From the NCBI GenBank assembly GCA_002687175.1, contig NYZP01000001.1, forward strand, positions 839 through 64,838: a stretch of 64,000 bases of DNA. The letters are read 5' to 3'. Shown in pieces: positions 1 through 10,022 of this stretch. Each line of letters starts with the position of its first letter. Position 1 is the first letter of the stretch. Made by a program: the position numbers and the translations under genes. Origin of the DNA: Parcubacteria group bacterium (GTDB lineage: Bacteria > Patescibacteriota > Patescibacteriia > Buchananbacterales > UBA6539). The notes under the pieces are model-generated. The model was not told where the DNA came from. It made no database searches and saw nothing but the letters and a program-made list of their open reading frames with translations.

Positions 1-1
1 G

Positions 2-304
2 AAACTTGATTACCAGACAAATACTTTAATCGTTTCTAGTAATCGTGATGACCAAACCTTATTAACTAAAAAATTTGATCTTAAAGATATAAATTGGTTA
101 AAGGGGTCAAAACCAACTACCTCAGAAAAGTTTGGTGTTAAAATTCGTTACCAAGCTAAAACTATACCGTGCACCATGAAAAATAATGAAGTAACTTTAA
201 AAATCGCTGAGCGCGCTATAATGCCGGGTCAGTCAGCCGTTTTTTATAAAAATGAACAGTTGCTAGGTGGTGGAATAATTGCTAAAATTAAATCAACATC
301 ATAA
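2..304 (+). CDS. mnmA: tRNA 2-thiouridylase MnmA, 3' part (partial)
   Basis: Manual translation ends KIRYQ...RAIMPGQSAVFYKNEQLLGGGII, the MnmA C-terminal motif. Confidence 0.9.
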   Translation, partial: KLDYQTNTLIVSSNRDDQTLLTKKFDLKDINWLKGSKPTTSEKFGVKIRYQAKTIPCTMKNNEVTLKIAERAIMPGQSAVFYKNEQLLGGGIIAKIKSTS

Positions 305-339
305 AATAACGCTGCACACTACAACTTGGAGGACATACC

Positions 340-825
340 ATGAGCAACCGAAAAATTGTTGGTTACATTAGCATGGTACCGTTAATATTACTGCTCCTGG
401 TAACCAACGGGTGTGTGACCGCCCAAAAACCAATTGAATCTGACGATTCGGCCAGAATTATAATTAACGATGTTGAGTGGGGTGTGACCATTGGCCGAAC
501 AAATGGTGTGATGAGAGTGTTAGTTATAAAAGATGACCAAGAGGAAGAGTTCAATTCTAACATGCACCACATATTGATAACGTCCTCTAAAAAAGATGGG
601 CTGACCGACATTGCCTTCCTTGATCAATTGGTTATTAGGACGCCTGATGGATCGATATTTTCCAGAATTGCCGAGTGCCGAGTAAATGATAAAATGTTGG
701 CCATACTAGCCAGAGGTTTTATTATAGTTCACGAAATCTATATAATTCCTCAACAACCACACCAAGAAGAAGACCGCCAACACCAAAACGACCGCTGGCT
801 AATGTGTTTACAGCAACTCAACTGA
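340..825 (+). CDS. hypothetical exported protein (possible lipoprotein)
   Basis: GGAGG SD, hydrophobic N-terminus ending TNGC. Confidence 0.6.
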   Translation: MSNRKIVGYISMVPLILLLLVTNGCVTAQKPIESDDSARIIINDVEWGVTIGRTNGVMRVLVIKDDQEEEFNSNMHHILITSSKKDGLTDIAFLDQLVIRTPDGSIFSRIAECRVNDKMLAILARGFIIVHEIYIIPQQPHQEEDRQHQNDRWLMCLQQLN

Positions 826-836
826 GTTGCTTTTTT
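812..836 (+). terminator. intrinsic terminator
   Basis: AGCAACTC-AACT-GAGTTGCT followed by T run. Confidence 0.7.
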
Positions 837-872
837 CTTGATAAAATTAGCTTTTTATAATAGAATCTCTAT

Positions 873-2633
873 ATGACTTCAGAAGAATTAAAAAAGAAAT
901 ATCTTGAATTTTTTAAGTCCAAGGGACATGCAATCATTCCCTCGGCTTCTTTGATTCCGGAAAATGATCCAACGGTTTTGTTTACTACCGCTGGAATGCA
1001 CCCTCTGGTGCCTTATTTAATGGGTGGCTCTCACCCAGAAGGTACGCGAATTACTGATGTCCAAAAATGTATTCGGACCAGTGATATTGATGAAGTTGGT
1101 GACAGTTGGCATTTAACCTTCTTTGAGATGCTTGGTAACTGGTCATTGGGGGACTACTTCAAAAAAGAAGCAATTGAATGGTCATGGGAATTTTTAACAT
1201 CCAACAACTGGCTAGGTTTAGATCCAAAGCGAATCTCCGTGTCCGTATTTTCTGGAGATGAAAATAATAATATACCATTTGATCAAGAAGCATATGATAT
1301 TTGGAAATCAATCGGTATGCCACCAGAGAGAATCTATCGTTATGACAAAAAAGAAAACTGGTGGGGACCAGCCGGTAAAACCGGACCGTGTGGACCAGAT
1401 ACTGAAATGTATTATGACTCGGGAAAGGCAGAATGTGCTAATTGCACCACCGAAGGTCCGGCTTGTGACTGTGGTAAATTTGCTGAAATATGGAATAACG
1501 TATTTATGCAATACAATAAAACAGCTGAAGGAAAATTTGAAGAGTTATCCCAAAAAAATGTTGATACCGGGATGGGAGTTGAAAGAACAGTTGCTATTTT
1601 AAATGGTCAAAAAAATACTTATGACACGGACCTATTTGAAGAAATTATTAAAAAAATAAAAGAACTGGCCACTAACAGTAATCAGACATCGGAAAGAATA
1701 ATTGCTGATCATCTTCGAGCAGCAACTTTTATACTTGGTGATGAGAAAGGTATTTCACCTTCAAATTTAGATCAAGGTTATGTGTTGCGTCGATTAATCC
1801 GTCGAGCAATCCGTCATGGCAAAATTATAGGTATTACTAAGCCATTTAGTTTTATTATTGCTGAAGTTATTATTCAAAAATATAAAGATGATTATAATGA
1901 ACTACAAAAAAATAAAGATTTTATAATAGAGCAGCTTGTGCAAGAAGAAGAAAAATTTTCTAAAACATTAGCCAGGGGATTGAAGGAATTTGAAAAAATT
2001 TCAGAACATGATGTTACAGGCCACGACGCTTTTATTCTATTCACCACTTATGGTCTACCAATTGAAATTGTTAAAGATTTGGCAAAAGAAAATGATATTT
2101 CGGTTGATGAGAAAAATTTTGAAATTGAATTAAAAAAACATCAAAATCTTTCACGAACGGCAACAGCCGGAAAATTTAAAGGAGGGTTAGCTGACCATTC
2201 TGAAGAAACAACTCGTTTACATACTACTAATCATCTAACCCTTCAAGCCTTGAGAACGGTTCTAGGTGACCACGTAAATCAAAAAGGTTCAAATATTACT
2301 AAAGATCGGCTAAGGTTTGATTTTTCTCATGATAAAAAAATGACGCCAGAAGAAATTCAAAAAGTTGAAGACATAGTAAATGAACAAATTAATAATAAAC
2401 TCGATGTTTCTTTTGAAGAAATGTCTGTCGAAGAAGCTAAGGAAAAAAATGCTATTGGGGTATTTGAACATAAATATGCTGATAAAGTGAAGGTTTATAA
2501 AATGGGAGATTTTTCACTGGAGATTTGTGGTGGACCTCATGTTAAAAATACCGGGGAATTGGGTCATTTTAAAATCACAAAAGAAGAGTCAAGTTCAGCC
2601 GGTGTCAGAAGAATTAAAGCAGTTTTACAATAG
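873..2633 (+). CDS. alaS: alanine--tRNA ligase (short, no C-Ala domain)
   Basis: DPTVLFTTAGM, TFFEMLGNWS, GPCGP, DTGMG, editing HTTNH/CGGPH. Confidence 0.97.
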   Translation: MTSEELKKKYLEFFKSKGHAIIPSASLIPENDPTVLFTTAGMHPLVPYLMGGSHPEGTRITDVQKCIRTSDIDEVGDSWHLTFFEMLGNWSLGDYFKKEAIEWSWEFLTSNNWLGLDPKRISVSVFSGDENNNIPFDQEAYDIWKSIGMPPERIYRYDKKENWWGPAGKTGPCGPDTEMYYDSGKAECANCTTEGPACDCGKFAEIWNNVFMQYNKTAEGKFEELSQKNVDTGMGVERTVAILNGQKNTYDTDLFEEIIKKIKELATNSNQTSERIIADHLRAATFILGDEKGISPSNLDQGYVLRRLIRRAIRHGKIIGITKPFSFIIAEVIIQKYKDDYNELQKNKDFIIEQLVQEEEKFSKTLARGLKEFEKISEHDVTGHDAFILFTTYGLPIEIVKDLAKENDISVDEKNFEIELKKHQNLSRTATAGKFKGGLADHSEETTRLHTTNHLTLQALRTVLGDHVNQKGSNITKDRLRFDFSHDKKMTPEEIQKVEDIVNEQINNKLDVSFEEMSVEEAKEKNAIGVFEHKYADKVKVYKMGDFSLEICGGPHVKNTGELGHFKITKEESSSAGVRRIKAVLQ

Positions 2634-2872
2634 TAATTAAAATCTACTTAATTTAGCTATTTTTTGAGTGATAACTAGCACCTTAATTTTATTGACACAA
2701 TTGACTTTTTAGTATATTATAATTCTATTATTGACAAATTAACCAATTAAACGTATTGTAAAATAGGTGAAAATATATAAAAAATATATAAAATTTGTCT
2801 TATTTTAAATAAAATTCTGGCCTTGAGCATATAATCATCAGAAGCTGCCAAGAATTTTATTTTTTCTAAAAT

Positions 2873-3109
2873 ATGGTCAAAAACAAAAAAACTATTCCTA
2901 GTAAAGAATTCATAGAAGTCGACGGAGAGATTCAAGAACTCCTGCCGGCTGCTACCTTTAAAGTTAAATTAGAGAATGGTGTTGATATTTTAGCTCACCT
3001 TTCTGGCAAAATGAGAATGTATAAAATCAGAATATTGCCTGGGGACAAAGTAAAAATTCAAATGACTCCATACGACTTAACAAAAGGTAGAATAACTTAT
3101 CGTTATTAA
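2873..3109 (+). CDS. infA: translation initiation factor IF-1
   Basis: [20 protein letters not shown]...GRITYR. Confidence 0.97.
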   Translation: MVKNKKTIPSKEFIEVDGEIQELLPAATFKVKLENGVDILAHLSGKMRMYKIRILPGDKVKIQMTPYDLTKGRITYRY

Positions 3110-3114
3110 TTATT

Positions 3115-3228
3115 ATGAAAGTAAGATCTTCGGTAAAAAAAATGTGCAAAGACTGTAGAGTGATCCGTCGAAATAAACGTGTTCACATTATTTGTAAAAA
3201 TCCGAGGCATCGACAACGTCAAGGCTAA
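3115..3228 (+). CDS. rpmJ: 50S ribosomal protein L36
   Basis: Manual translation [37 protein letters not shown]. Confidence 0.97.
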   Translation: MKVRSSVKKMCKDCRVIRRNKRVHIICKNPRHRQRQG

Positions 3229-3231
3229 ATT

Positions 3232-3621
3232 ATGGCTAGAATCGCAGGAATTACATTACCTAAAGATAAACGAATAGCAGTAGGTTTAACCTACATTTTT
3301 GGTATAGGCCGTAACGTCTCTACAAATATTTTAAAAAAGGCTGATGTCAGTCCAGACATTAGAGTAAAAGATTTAACAGAAGATCAAACAAATAAACTAC
3401 GAGAAATTATTGAAAAAGATCATAAGGTTGAAGGGGAACTAAAAAGAGAAGTTTTATTGAATGTTAAAAGGCTAAAAGAAATTTCCAGTTACCGTGGTTC
3501 TAGACATTCGAAGAAACTACCAGTACGTGGTCAACGCACTAAAACTAACAATCGAACTGCCCGAGGTAACGTTCGTAAAACCATGGGTTCTGGCCGTAAA
3601 GGGGCTGCACAGAAAACTTAA
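3232..3621 (+). CDS. rpsM: 30S ribosomal protein S13
   Basis: [17 protein letters not shown]. Confidence 0.98.
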   Translation: MARIAGITLPKDKRIAVGLTYIFGIGRNVSTNILKKADVSPDIRVKDLTEDQTNKLREIIEKDHKVEGELKREVLLNVKRLKEISSYRGSRHSKKLPVRGQRTKTNNRTARGNVRKTMGSGRKGAAQKT

Positions 3622-3633
3622 AAATTTATACTT

Positions 3634-4107
3634 ATGGGACAAAAAAAAATTACAAACATGTCTGAAACTCCTGATCAGAAAAAAGAAGAAAAAAAGTCCG
3701 CCGAAGGCGGAGAAGTTAAATCTATACCAAAGGCAAAATCAAAGAAAAAAATTAAACGCCAGGTTTCTGCTGGTAGCGCTTATATTCAGGCGACTTATAA
3801 TAATACAATTATTACTTTTACTGATGCTCAGGGTAATGCCTTAGCTCAATGTTCAGCTGGACAAGTTGGTTTTAAGGGACCAAAAAAATCTACCCCTTAT
3901 GCTGCCGGAATTATTGTGGCCCAGGCAGTGGAGAAAGTAAAACCTTACGGACTTAAAGAAGTTAGTGTTTTCGTTAGGGGAGTTGGTGGTGGACGGGAAG
4001 CGGCTATACGGTCTTTAAATGCCAACGGTATTAATGTTTTAGGCATTAAAGATGTAACTCCTATTCCTCATAATGGTTGCCGTCCTAAAAAACCACGCCG
4101 AGTTTAA
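3634..4107 (+). CDS. rpsK: 30S ribosomal protein S11 with Lys-rich N-terminal extension
   Basis: [29 protein letters not shown]. Confidence 0.98.
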   Translation: MGQKKITNMSETPDQKKEEKKSAEGGEVKSIPKAKSKKKIKRQVSAGSAYIQATYNNTIITFTDAQGNALAQCSAGQVGFKGPKKSTPYAAGIIVAQAVEKVKPYGLKEVSVFVRGVGGGREAAIRSLNANGINVLGIKDVTPIPHNGCRPKKPRRV

Positions 4108-4122
4108 TTAAAAAAATAATCT

Positions 4123-4725
4123 ATGCAAGTAAAAACCCATAAAGCCTGTAGACGTTACGGAATAAAATTATGCCAATCTGACAAATGTCCGGTTATTCGT
4201 CGTAACTATAAACCAGGAATTCACGGTAATAAGCGAAGGGCCAGACTCACAGAATATGGTACTCAATTAAGAGAAAAACAGATCGCCAAAGCAATTTATG
4301 GGATTATGGAAAAACAATTTAGTAATTATTATAAAAAAGCAATTAACCAGCAAGGAGATACCGGGGAGTTAATACAGCAAATGCTAGAAACTAGATTAGA
4401 CAATGCTGTCTTCCGAGCCGGCTTTGCTAAAACTCGACCACTGGCCAGACAGCTAGTTAGTCATGGAATGTTCTTAGTAAACGGTAAAAAAACAAATATT
4501 CCTTCCTATCAAATCAAAGTAAAAGACGAAATATCAATTAAGCCGGAAAAAATAAAGGCTAAAGTATTTAACGATCTGGAAAAAAAACTGGAAAAATACA
4601 CCGTACCATCTTGGCTAGCCCTTGATCTAAAAAATAATAAGGTAAAAGTGGTTTCCCGACCTTCTGGTAATGAACTGGAGAATACTTTTAATCCACGTTT
4701 AATCGTAGAATTTTATTCAAAATAA
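4123..4725 (+). CDS. rpsD: 30S ribosomal protein S4
   Basis: EYGTQLREKQ, LETRLDNAVFR, LIVEFYSK. Confidence 0.98.
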   Translation: MQVKTHKACRRYGIKLCQSDKCPVIRRNYKPGIHGNKRRARLTEYGTQLREKQIAKAIYGIMEKQFSNYYKKAINQQGDTGELIQQMLETRLDNAVFRAGFAKTRPLARQLVSHGMFLVNGKKTNIPSYQIKVKDEISIKPEKIKAKVFNDLEKKLEKYTVPSWLALDLKNNKVKVVSRPSGNELENTFNPRLIVEFYSK

Positions 4726-4768
4726 TTAGACAAAAACTTTTTAATAATTACAAGTTAAAAACAATTAT

Positions 4769-5638
4769 ATGGAAAACATTTCCTTGCCATCAAAAATTGA
4801 AATTGAAGACACTAAAGAAAAAAATAAGTCTATTATAACAATACAGCCATGTCACCCCGGCTATGGCACTACTCTGGGTAATGCCTTACGTCGAGTATTA
4901 CTTTCTTCTTTACCTGGCGGAGCAGTAATTGCTTTTAAAATTGAAGGAGCCAGTCATGAATTTTCCGGTATTGATAACGTTAAAGAGGATCTGGTGGAAA
5001 TTTCGTTAAATTTAAAACAACTTGGGTTAAATATTTTCACCGATGAACCAGTAAAATTAGAATTAAAAGCAAAAGGTGAAAAAAAAGTTACAGCCAAAGA
5101 TATTAAAACTACCAGTGATGTAGAGGTTATTAATAGCGATCTAGTGATTGCTACTTTAACCAGTAAAACTGCTGAGCTAAACATGGAAATTTTAGTTACT
5201 AAGGGCCGGGGATATGTCCCCTCAGAATCTAGGGAAAAAGAAGATTTGGAAGTGGGGATGATCGTAATCGACTCAATTTTTACCCCAATTAAAAACGTTG
5301 GTTTTCAAATTGAAAATGTCCGAGTGGGAAAAATGACCAACTACGAAAATCTAATTATAACTATTGAGACTGATGGTACTATTACTCCCAAGGAAGCTTT
5401 GAATCAATCAGTAAAAATTTTATTAGATCATTTTAATCAAATTGCTGTTGAGACTAAAGATGGTGCTAAGCCAAAAAAAGTTAAAAAGGAAAATACCAAA
5501 AAAACTGAAGAAGAACCAGAAGAAAAAACTGAAGCCAAAGAAAAAGAAGTCAAAAAAGCTAAAAAGGCTGACAAGGCCCTAGAAGAAGATAAAGAAGACA
5601 CTGAAGAAACTAAAGAAGAAAAACCTAAAAAAGCTTAA
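4769..5638 (+). CDS. rpoA: RNA polymerase alpha subunit (NTD plus K/E-rich tail, no recognisable alpha-CTD)
   Basis: GYGTTLGNALRRVLLSSLPG, GRGYVP, DSIFTP, operon position. Confidence 0.96.
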   Translation: MENISLPSKIEIEDTKEKNKSIITIQPCHPGYGTTLGNALRRVLLSSLPGGAVIAFKIEGASHEFSGIDNVKEDLVEISLNLKQLGLNIFTDEPVKLELKAKGEKKVTAKDIKTTSDVEVINSDLVIATLTSKTAELNMEILVTKGRGYVPSESREKEDLEVGMIVIDSIFTPIKNVGFQIENVRVGKMTNYENLIITIETDGTITPKEALNQSVKILLDHFNQIAVETKDGAKPKKVKKENTKKTEEEPEEKTEAKEKEVKKAKKADKALEEDKEDTEETKEEKPKKA

Positions 5639-5646
5639 ATCCAAAT

Positions 5647-5997
5647 ATGCGTCATCAGAAAAAAGGAACAATCTTAGGCCGTAAAAAAGCACCACGGAAA
5701 GCCCTGATGCGTAGTTTAGCTACATCAATTATAATCTACGAAAAAGTTAAAACTACTAAAGCTAAGGCCAAGGCGGTTAAACCAGTAGTCGAGAAATTAG
5801 TTACTACTGCTAAAAAGAATGACTTAACGGCGAGACGTAAATTATTAGAAGTTCTGTACCATAAAAAAGCGGTTAATAAAGCTTTAGAAGTATTAGGACC
5901 ACGTTATAAAAACCGCAAGGGTGGCTACACTAGAATTATTAATTTAGAAAACCGTCAAGGCGATAATGCTGAAATGGTTCAGATTGAATTTGTATAA
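5647..5997 (+). CDS. rplQ: 50S ribosomal protein L17
   Basis: MRHQK, TTKAKAK, RKGGYTRI, RQGDNA. Confidence 0.98.
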   Translation: MRHQKKGTILGRKKAPRKALMRSLATSIIIYEKVKTTKAKAKAVKPVVEKLVTTAKKNDLTARRKLLEVLYHKKAVNKALEVLGPRYKNRKGGYTRIINLENRQGDNAEMVQIEFV

Positions 5998-5999
5998 AT

Positions 6000-6449
6000 A
6001 TGGCCGAACATAAAAAATCTACAACCAAAAATATAGAAAAGGCTATTAAAGATAGTTCCCAGAAAGCGAAGAAAAAAAAGGTATCCAAAAAACCAGTTAT
6101 TGATCGGCAGACTCACAAGATAGATGCCAAGGGAAAAATTTTAGGCCGTTTATCAACCGAGGTGGCTCAAATTTTAAGAGGTAAAAATAAACCAAGTTTT
6201 TTACCACATGTTGATGGTGGTGATTTCGTAGTTATTTCTAATGCTTCACAAATTAAAACAACTGGGAAAAAGATGGAACAAAAAGTTTATTACCATTACT
6301 CTGGTTATCCAGGTGGACTTAAAGAAAAAAAGATGTCAAAAGTTTTCGAGAAGGATCCAGGTGAAATTATTAAACGAGCCGTTTGGAATATGTTACCAAA
6401 GAATAAACTTCGCACAAGTATGATAAAACGTTTAATTGTTAAAAACTAG
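6000..6449 (+). CDS. rplM: 50S ribosomal protein L13
   Basis: IDAKGKILGRL, LRGKNKP, HYSGYPGG, MLPKNKL. Confidence 0.98.
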   Translation: MAEHKKSTTKNIEKAIKDSSQKAKKKKVSKKPVIDRQTHKIDAKGKILGRLSTEVAQILRGKNKPSFLPHVDGGDFVVISNASQIKTTGKKMEQKVYYHYSGYPGGLKEKKMSKVFEKDPGEIIKRAVWNMLPKNKLRTSMIKRLIVKN

Positions 6450-6450
6450 C

Positions 6451-6990
6451 ATGCCAATTACTAAAAAAACAGCTACCGCTGAAAAAAAATCGGAACAAAA
6501 GACTATCAAAAAACCAACTGCTAAAAAAACGGTTAAGAAGTCTGAAAAAAAAGTTACCACTAAAGACACTGACGACGACGAACCAAAAAAACGTGTTCGA
6601 CACAGTTATTTGTTTGCTGTTGGACGAAGAAAAAAAGCTGTTGCCCGCGTTAGACTTTTTAAAAAAGGTAATGGTGAAATTTTAGTAAATGATAAGCAAA
6701 TTAAAGAATACTTTCCAACTTTTGAACTTAGAGAAATTGTTGTTGAGCCCCTGGAAAAAATCGGCGCCATCAAAGATTTTAATTTCTCAATTAAAGTCCG
6801 TGGTGGTGGTTCTCGCGGCCAAGCCGAAGCGGTGAGACATGGTATTGCCCGAAGTCTGGTAGTTTATGATAAAGATTTAAGAACAACTTTAAAACCATAC
6901 GGTTTTCTAAAACGTGATCCTCGTCGTAAAGAACGAAAAAAACCTGGTTTAAAACGTGCTCGTCGAGCACCTCAGTGGGCTAAACGATAG
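6451..6990 (+). CDS. rpsI: 30S ribosomal protein S9 with Lys-rich N-terminal extension
   Basis: GRRKKAVARV, GGGSRGQAEAVRHG, ERKKPGLKRARRAPQWAKR; ATG at 6451 preferred. Confidence 0.98.
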   Translation: MPITKKTATAEKKSEQKTIKKPTAKKTVKKSEKKVTTKDTDDDEPKKRVRHSYLFAVGRRKKAVARVRLFKKGNGEILVNDKQIKEYFPTFELREIVVEPLEKIGAIKDFNFSIKVRGGGSRGQAEAVRHGIARSLVVYDKDLRTTLKPYGFLKRDPRRKERKKPGLKRARRAPQWAKR

Positions 6991-7005
6991 AGTTACAAAA
7001 ATACT

Positions 7006-7031
7006 AAAGCGGGGCAAACGCCCCGTTTTTT
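7006..7031 (+). terminator. intrinsic terminator of r-protein operon
   Basis: CGGGGC-AAAC-GCCCCG followed by T run. Confidence 0.85.
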
Positions 7032-7046
7032 GATATAATAAAATAT

Positions 7047-7592
7047 ATGAAAGAAAACAATGAAATTGCAATTTTCGGTGGGGGATGCTTTTGGTGTACC
7101 GAAGCCACTTTTAGCCAACTAAAAGGTGTCAACAAAGTTACTCCTGGTTTTGCTGGTGGAACTGGTGATGTTAACTACGAAAAAATTCACAGCGATAACA
7201 CTGGGCACGCTGAAATGATTGAGGTAACTTTTGACCCAGAGATCATTTCATATGATGATTTACTGTCCGTCTTTTTCACAATTCATGACCCAACCACAAT
7301 TAATAAACAAGGGGCTGATGTTGGTACTGAATATCGGTCAATGATTTTATACACCTCTGATGATCAAAAAACTAAAGCTGAAGCAATGATAAAAAAATTA
7401 AATGATGACAACAAAACGTATGATATGCCAATTGTTACTGAAATAAAACCACTAGACAAGTTTATTAAAGCTGAAGACTACCACCATAATTACTACGAAA
7501 ATAATAAAGATCAACCTTATTGTCAGATTGTGATTAATCCAAAATTAGAAAAACTAAAAGAAAAACACGCTGAGCTTTTGAAAATTTCTTAA
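7047..7592 (+). CDS. msrA: peptide-methionine (S)-S-oxide reductase
   Basis: GCFWC active site, HDPT, GTEYRS, AEDYH. Confidence 0.95.
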   Translation: MKENNEIAIFGGGCFWCTEATFSQLKGVNKVTPGFAGGTGDVNYEKIHSDNTGHAEMIEVTFDPEIISYDDLLSVFFTIHDPTTINKQGADVGTEYRSMILYTSDDQKTKAEAMIKKLNDDNKTYDMPIVTEIKPLDKFIKAEDYHHNYYENNKDQPYCQIVINPKLEKLKEKHAELLKIS

Positions 7593-7624
7593 TTACTTTA
7601 ATTTTGTAAACCTTCTACTAACCT

Positions 7625-8782
7625 ATGAAAAAATCAAATATTGCGATAATATTAATTATAGTAATCATAATTATTGGTTTTTGGCTATTCAATAGATTTG
7701 GTGATGATTTTAACTTGCCCAGTGGAAGGGAAACAACAACTGAAACTATTGTCATTTCAAATGGACAGGTGATTGGTACCGCTGATGAATTGGGTCAAAC
7801 AAGTGATGATAATTCAGACTATGAGCCAACTGGTACAATTCAAGACGATAATCCTGCCCAACCAAAAAATCCCATTGCCGTAAATGACGATTTAACAAAT
7901 ATTCAAACCAAAGAAATTATGATTACTGATGGTGTTAAGCACAGTATCCCTTTGGATAAAATAGTTGGTGGCGGTCCACCGAAAGATGGAATCCCCTCAA
8001 TAGACAATCCTAAATTCACGACTGTCTCTGAGGCCAGTGATGAGTTTGCTGACGAGGATCCAGGGATTGCCGTTAGTCTAAATGGTATAGATCGTTTTTA
8101 TCCCTTTCAAATATTAGTCTGGCATGAAATTGTAAATGATACCTTTGATGACCAAAGAGTATTGGTTACTTACTGCCCACTTTGCCTGTCAGGTATTGTC
8201 TTTGATCCAGTAGTTAATGGTCAAAGAGTAGAATTTGGTACTTCTGGAAAATTGTGGAATTCTAACTTAGTGATGTACGATCGAAAAACTGACAGCCTGT
8301 GGTCACAAATTTTAGGTGAGGCAGTAGTAGGGGAATTAACCGGAACTCAGCTAAAAATATTAGAATCGGATCAAATGCGCTTTGGCGAATGGAAAAGATT
8401 AAATCCTAATGGCCAAGTACTTTCCAAAGATACTGGCGCGACCAGATTTTACGGCCGTGACCCATATGGCGATTACTACACCTCACCAGGAGTATTTTTC
8501 AATGTTGATAACCGTGATGACCGGCTACCAGAAAAAGCTTTTGTCCTAGGGATTGTAATTGGTGAAGAGGCTAAAGCATATTTACCAGAAGCGGTTAAAA
8601 AAGTTGGAACCTTAGAAGATAAGTTTGCCGGTAAAACTATTATTGCTGAATATAAATCCGATATCGATACCGTTCAACTATTTGAAAAAAGATCGGATGG
8701 AACTCGAGAAAGGATTAATCCATTCCCGAACTTCTGGTTTTCCTGGGTAGCGGTTCACCCGGACACTGAATTATATAAATAA
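7625..8782 (+). CDS. DUF3179-type membrane-anchored redox-associated protein
   Basis: GGPPKDGIPSID, WHEIVND, TYCPLC, FGTSGKL, YDRKTDSLWSQ, FWFSW..HP. Confidence 0.85.
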   Translation: MKKSNIAIILIIVIIIIGFWLFNRFGDDFNLPSGRETTTETIVISNGQVIGTADELGQTSDDNSDYEPTGTIQDDNPAQPKNPIAVNDDLTNIQTKEIMITDGVKHSIPLDKIVGGGPPKDGIPSIDNPKFTTVSEASDEFADEDPGIAVSLNGIDRFYPFQILVWHEIVNDTFDDQRVLVTYCPLCLSGIVFDPVVNGQRVEFGTSGKLWNSNLVMYDRKTDSLWSQILGEAVVGELTGTQLKILESDQMRFGEWKRLNPNGQVLSKDTGATRFYGRDPYGDYYTSPGVFFNVDNRDDRLPEKAFVLGIVIGEEAKAYLPEAVKKVGTLEDKFAGKTIIAEYKSDIDTVQLFEKRSDGTRERINPFPNFWFSWVAVHPDTELYK

Positions 8783-8832
8783 GTTAAATTAGATTATAAA
8801 TTTTTACAATTAATAAGAAAGGATAACATAAT

Positions 8833-9429
8833 ATGGCACATCAACTGGACCCATTACCATATGCTTATGATAGTTTAGAACCATACATCGATAAGCAAAC
8901 CATGGAAATCCATCATGGCAAACATCATCAAGCTTATGTCAATAAACTTAATGCCGCTTTAGAGGGACATGATGACTTAGCCGCTAAATCAATTGAAGAT
9001 TTAATTAAAGATTTGAATTCCATTCCCGAAGAAATCAAAGGAGCAGTCCAAAACAATGGCGGCGGTCATGCTAATCACTCATTTTTTTGGTCAATTCTTA
9101 AAAAAGATATTACTTGTGACGGCGAAATCAAAGAAGCCATTGATAAAAAATTTGGTAGCTTTGATGCTTTTAAAGAAGAGTTTACTAAAGCTGCCGCCAC
9201 TCGCTTTGGTAGTGGCTGGGCTTGGCTAGTATCTAATAATGGTGAACTGGAAGTAATGTCCACCGCTAATCAAGATTCACCGCTGTCTGAAGGTAAAACT
9301 CCGTTAGTTTGTCTTGATGTTTGGGAACATGCTTATTATCTTAAATACCAAAATAAACGACCTGACTATATTGAAGCTTTTTTCAATATAATTAATTGGG
9401 AGGAAGTTAACAAAAATTTTCAAGGTTAA
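8833..9429 (+). CDS. sodA: Mn/Fe superoxide dismutase
   Basis: [30 protein letters not shown]. Confidence 0.93.
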   Translation: MAHQLDPLPYAYDSLEPYIDKQTMEIHHGKHHQAYVNKLNAALEGHDDLAAKSIEDLIKDLNSIPEEIKGAVQNNGGGHANHSFFWSILKKDITCDGEIKEAIDKKFGSFDAFKEEFTKAAATRFGSGWAWLVSNNGELEVMSTANQDSPLSEGKTPLVCLDVWEHAYYLKYQNKRPDYIEAFFNIINWEEVNKNFQG

Positions 9430-9451
9430 CTAAAAGTTAATTAGTTAAATT

Positions 9452-10015
9452 ATGAACAAAAACTATTTAATTATTGCCATTGTAATCGTTGTGGTTATTA
9501 TTGGTGGAGTTGTTCTCTACAATGGTGATTCCACTAATAACAACCAGAATACGAACAGTGGCGCAACAACTAATAATCAACCGGTAGTTAAAGAACCTAA
9601 ACAAGACAAAGCTCCGGCTTTTAGTTTACAAGACTACGAGGGCAATACCGTCAGTTCAACTGACTTTGCTGGCAAATCACTAATTGTTAACTCCTGGGCC
9701 AGCTGGTGTCCATTTTGCGTTGATGAACTTCCAGACTTTGCAACTATTCAAAGTGAATTCAAAGATGACATAGTCATTATTGCCATTAACCGAGTTGAAT
9801 CAATCAGTACCGCCAAAGGATTTTCTGATAAATTAGGTGTTAGTGGTAAATTAGTTTTACTATTAGACCCTGGTGATTCTTTCTACCAATCAATCGGCGG
9901 TTTTTCCATGCCGGAAACAATCTTTGTCGATACTGAAGGTAATATTGTTGAACATAAACGTGGCATAATGTCGCTAAGCCAAATTCGTTCAAAAGTTAAT
10001 CAATACTTTAAATAA
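9452..10015 (+). CDS. TlpA/ResA-family thiol-disulfide oxidoreductase
   Basis: N-terminal TM, WASWCPFC, next to ccdA. Confidence 0.9.
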   Translation: MNKNYLIIAIVIVVVIIGGVVLYNGDSTNNNQNTNSGATTNNQPVVKEPKQDKAPAFSLQDYEGNTVSSTDFAGKSLIVNSWASWCPFCVDELPDFATIQSEFKDDIVIIAINRVESISTAKGFSDKLGVSGKLVLLLDPGDSFYQSIGGFSMPETIFVDTEGNIVEHKRGIMSLSQIRSKVNQYFK

Positions 10016-10022
10016 CTGAACC

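Noticed and set aside
7625-8782. Selenoprotein or UGA recoding (code 25)
   Set aside because: The motif is CPLC with no in-frame UGA; genes are intact under code 11 and UGA terminates the ALDH and GT2 genes
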